Assembly: GCA_963744145.1 (NCBI GenBank)
Contig: CAVUSO010000001.1
Span: forward strand, 3,840,001 to 3,904,000
From: an uncultured cyanobacterium
GTDB lineage: Bacteria; Cyanobacteriota; Cyanobacteriia; Cyanobacteriales; CAWUOF01
Length of the DNA: 64,000 nt
Direction: 5' to 3'
The notes beneath the pieces were generated by a model. That model searched no databases and had not been told where the DNA came from. It saw only the letters and a program-made list of their open reading frames with translations. The translations under genes and the position numbers were made by a program. Below are positions 61,458-64,000 of this stretch, one piece after another (position 1 is the first letter of the stretch; every line of letters starts with the position of its first letter).

Positions 61458-63041
61458 CTACCTACTTGCGACATTTACTACTGCTGGGATGGAGAGCTGT
61501 TCTTTTGCTTGTGATGCTTCAAACTCAGCGATCTGAGCTTCAATTTGATCATGAATAATCTGGCGATATTCGAGAAAATGCTCGTTATGGGCACAAACCG
61601 TTAGGTAATGATCCCATACGCCAGGATTATTTTTGATGATACTATATAGGTGATGCCAAAATTTCCATCTGGTACTACGTTTAACACCTTGACGCCAACA
61701 GATCAATAGTAGTGCGCGTAGATCTATCCAGCTTGGCCATTTGGATGGTGCTTTACATACGGGTGCGCCTAAAATGAGAAAATGACGATAGACTCGATCT
61801 AAATATTTTTCAGGCTCATATAAAGTCCAAAATGATCGACTGTATTCCCGACCAATATCTGCTAGAGGACGAGTGGGGAGAAAGTTCATTAAGGAACCTT
61901 GATCAATTTTAGCATCTTTCCGTAGTAAACGCCCTTCTTTTTCTAACCGATGCCAAAGTGCTGTATTAGGGAGAGCTTGCAATATCCCAAATAAAGCAGT
62001 TGGAATAGCAGTTTGTTCAACAAATTCTACAATCCGATCGCCTGCACCGATTTTTTCACCATCAAAACCAATAATAAATCCAGCCATTACTCGTAATCCT
62101 GTCCGCGTAATTTTTTCGACTGCATCTTTTAAGGGATTACGGTTGTTTTGAAATTTTTTCGTTACTTGTAAACTCTCTTCATCAGGAGTTTCTATTCCTA
62201 GAAATACGGCGTTAAAATTACATTCTACCATCAATTGCATCAGTTCTAAATCTTCAGCTAGATCCACCGATGCTTCGGTATTAAAAACAAAAGGATATTG
62301 ACGTTCAGCTTGCCAAACTTTTAACTCTTTTAACAATAATTTCACATTCCGTTTATTGCCAATAAAGTTATCATCTACCATAAAAACAGTGCGTCTCCAG
62401 CCTTTTTGGTAGAGTGATTCTAATTCTGCTAAAAGTTGTGTGGGGGTTTTGGTACGTGGTTTGCGTCCATAAAGAACAATAATATCGCAGAATTCACACT
62501 GGAATGGACAACCTCGGGAAAATTGGATTGACATCGAATCATAAGCATCTAATTCTAATAAATCAAACCGAGGTACTGGAGTATAAGTGACATCAGGTTT
62601 TTCTCCATTAGAGCGAAAAATTCCGGTTGATTCACCTCTTGCGATCGCTTCGACAAACATGGGTAAGGTGATTTCTCCTTCATCTAAAATCAGAAAATCC
62701 ACACCTACTTCTTGACATTCATGGGGTAAAGCAGTTGGATAGGGACCACCGACTGCTACTTTTTTACCACGTCGTTTTGCTTCCTGAATTTGAGTTAGCA
62801 AATCTTCTTTTTGGACAATCATTGCTGATAGAATTACTATTTCTGCCCATTCCCATTCCCTTTCACTGACTGGTCTAATATTCCGATCAACTAGCTGAAA
62901 TTCCCAGGTTTGGGGTAATATTGCTGCTACTGTAATTAAACCTAAAGGGGGAAGTAATACTTTCCGATTGACTAATTCCAAAATTTTTTCATAGGACCAA
63001 AAGCTTTTAGGAAATAAGGGGTAAATCAATAACACACGCAT
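61458..63041 (-). CDS. B12-binding radical SAM protein (HpnP-like / DUF4070)
   Basis: PPLGLITVAA, SRGCPFQCEFC, VDDNFIGN, GIETP. Confidence 0.88.
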   Translation of the reverse strand: MRVLLIYPLFPKSFWSYEKILELVNRKVLLPPLGLITVAAILPQTWEFQLVDRNIRPVSEREWEWAEIVILSAMIVQKEDLLTQIQEAKRRGKKVAVGGPYPTALPHECQEVGVDFLILDEGEITLPMFVEAIARGESTGIFRSNGEKPDVTYTPVPRFDLLELDAYDSMSIQFSRGCPFQCEFCDIIVLYGRKPRTKTPTQLLAELESLYQKGWRRTVFMVDDNFIGNKRNVKLLLKELKVWQAERQYPFVFNTEASVDLAEDLELMQLMVECNFNAVFLGIETPDEESLQVTKKFQNNRNPLKDAVEKITRTGLRVMAGFIIGFDGEKIGAGDRIVEFVEQTAIPTALFGILQALPNTALWHRLEKEGRLLRKDAKIDQGSLMNFLPTRPLADIGREYSRSFWTLYEPEKYLDRVYRHFLILGAPVCKAPSKWPSWIDLRALLLICWRQGVKRSTRWKFWHHLYSIIKNNPGVWDHYLTVCAHNEHFLEYRQIIHDQIEAQIAEFEASQAKEQLSIPAVVNVASR

Positions 63042-63108
63042 TGAATGTCAGTCCTTTTACTAGGTATGATTAACTATATTAATTATGACGGCTAAATATC
63101 TTTTCGGT

Positions 63109-64000
63109 TCATTTAGCCCGATCGCTAGTTATTCCTGCAATTCTCAAAGCATCTGTCAGGGTAGAACAGTAAGGATCTAAGCCAAATGTAGTCGGATTGA
63201 CAGCACTTTCGTAGGTGAAATGACGATAGGTCATGCAAAACCTGTCCCAAGGTGCTAGTTGAATTTTTACTCCGATTAACCCAAGTAAATTAATGATCAG
63301 CTCTGCTAAATCTGGTGATAGGGAAATTTGGAAACCAATTTTTTTCTGGAAATACTGACAAGCTTCAGCTACTGCTTGATTAGCAGTTAATGGAGAATTT
63401 CCTAAAACAAATTCGCGATTTTGCCCTGGTTCTGGGGTATTTTTTAATAAACAAAACACTATTTGAGCAATATCATAAGCGTGAATGAAGTGGAAACTAC
63501 CATCAGCTTTAAACCAGCGAATTACATTTAGCCATTTTACTATTTCTGGTAAACCGGAAGAAAGATGGGAGTAAGGTTTGTCCGGATCTCCACCTAAAAC
63601 TAAAGTTGGATAGAGGGTGGTAATTGGGGGTGATTGCTTTAATTTATTTAGCCGTTGTTTAGCATCATATTTAGAACGAATATATTCAGTTCCTAACTGA
63701 GTAGCTTCTTTAAGTAATTTGTTTTTGTGATCAAGAATACTAGCGGTAGAAAAATAGATTACCTGTTCACAAATTTCGGGATTGAGTAGCTGAACTAACC
63801 GAACAGTTTTACTAACATTAACATCAAAAGTTTCCTGAACTCCACCCCAAGCTGTAGCAATCAGCACAGCAGCATCCATGTTTTTCAGGAGGCTAGTATA
63901 TCGTTCAATATAACGCAAATCTCCTTTTAATAGGTTGATTCCAGTTCTCGCTTGGTAGTTGAATTTTAATTTGTCTGGATTTCTCACTAGGAGATAAAGC
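63109..64000 (-). CDS. NAD-dependent epimerase/dehydratase family protein (5' partial)
   Basis: LYLLVRNPDKL, ATAWGG, FSTAS, YIRSK; start lies outside the window. Confidence 0.85.
   Translation of the reverse strand, partial: LYLLVRNPDKLKFNYQARTGINLLKGDLRYIERYTSLLKNMDAAVLIATAWGGVQETFDVNVSKTVRLVQLLNPEICEQVIYFSTASILDHKNKLLKEATQLGTEYIRSKYDAKQRLNKLKQSPPITTLYPTLVLGGDPDKPYSHLSSGLPEIVKWLNVIRWFKADGSFHFIHAYDIAQIVFCLLKNTPEPGQNREFVLGNSPLTANQAVAEACQYFQKKIGFQISLSPDLAELIINLLGLIGVKIQLAPWDRFCMTYRHFTYESAVNPTTFGLDPYCSTLTDALRIAGITSDRAK

Noticed and set aside
61458..63041. Assigning the symbol hpnP
   Set aside because: Cyanobacteria have several paralogues of this family; orthology cannot be decided without a phylogeny

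Overview
Chromosomal window of a cyanobacterium, judged from abundant HIP1 GCGATCGC octamers and the genes ycf3, ycf46, ycf35, petL, nblS and nblB. Housekeeping genes (acs, hom, gatC, pgi, purD, argF, dusB, era, aroB) alternate with accessory cassettes (Uma2, DUF29, toxin-antitoxin remnants, an AAA ATPase) and many small palindromic or MITE-like repeats. The 23.3-39.5 kb region is accessory. It holds (i) a sigma-70-like / DUF1822 / membrane CHAT-protease operon whose extracytoplasmic sensor domain lies on a 1.63 kb cassette bounded by two inverted 91-bp MITE-like elements; removing the cassette restores an in-frame CHAT-TM-PstS gene and a HIP1 site; (ii) an AT-rich island with an HTH-ankyrin protein and a stand-alone homologue of the clavulanic-acid enzyme CeaS; (iii) an IS630 deletion derivative and a TnpB-less IS200/IS605 mini-element. 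At 15-18.6 kb is an ECF sigma/anti-sigma pair divergent from a Met-rich lipoprotein and an MsrPQ-like pair. The ORF track misses a permease-fused hybrid kinase (<1-3369) and petL. All protein family calls are from motif recognition, not database searches.
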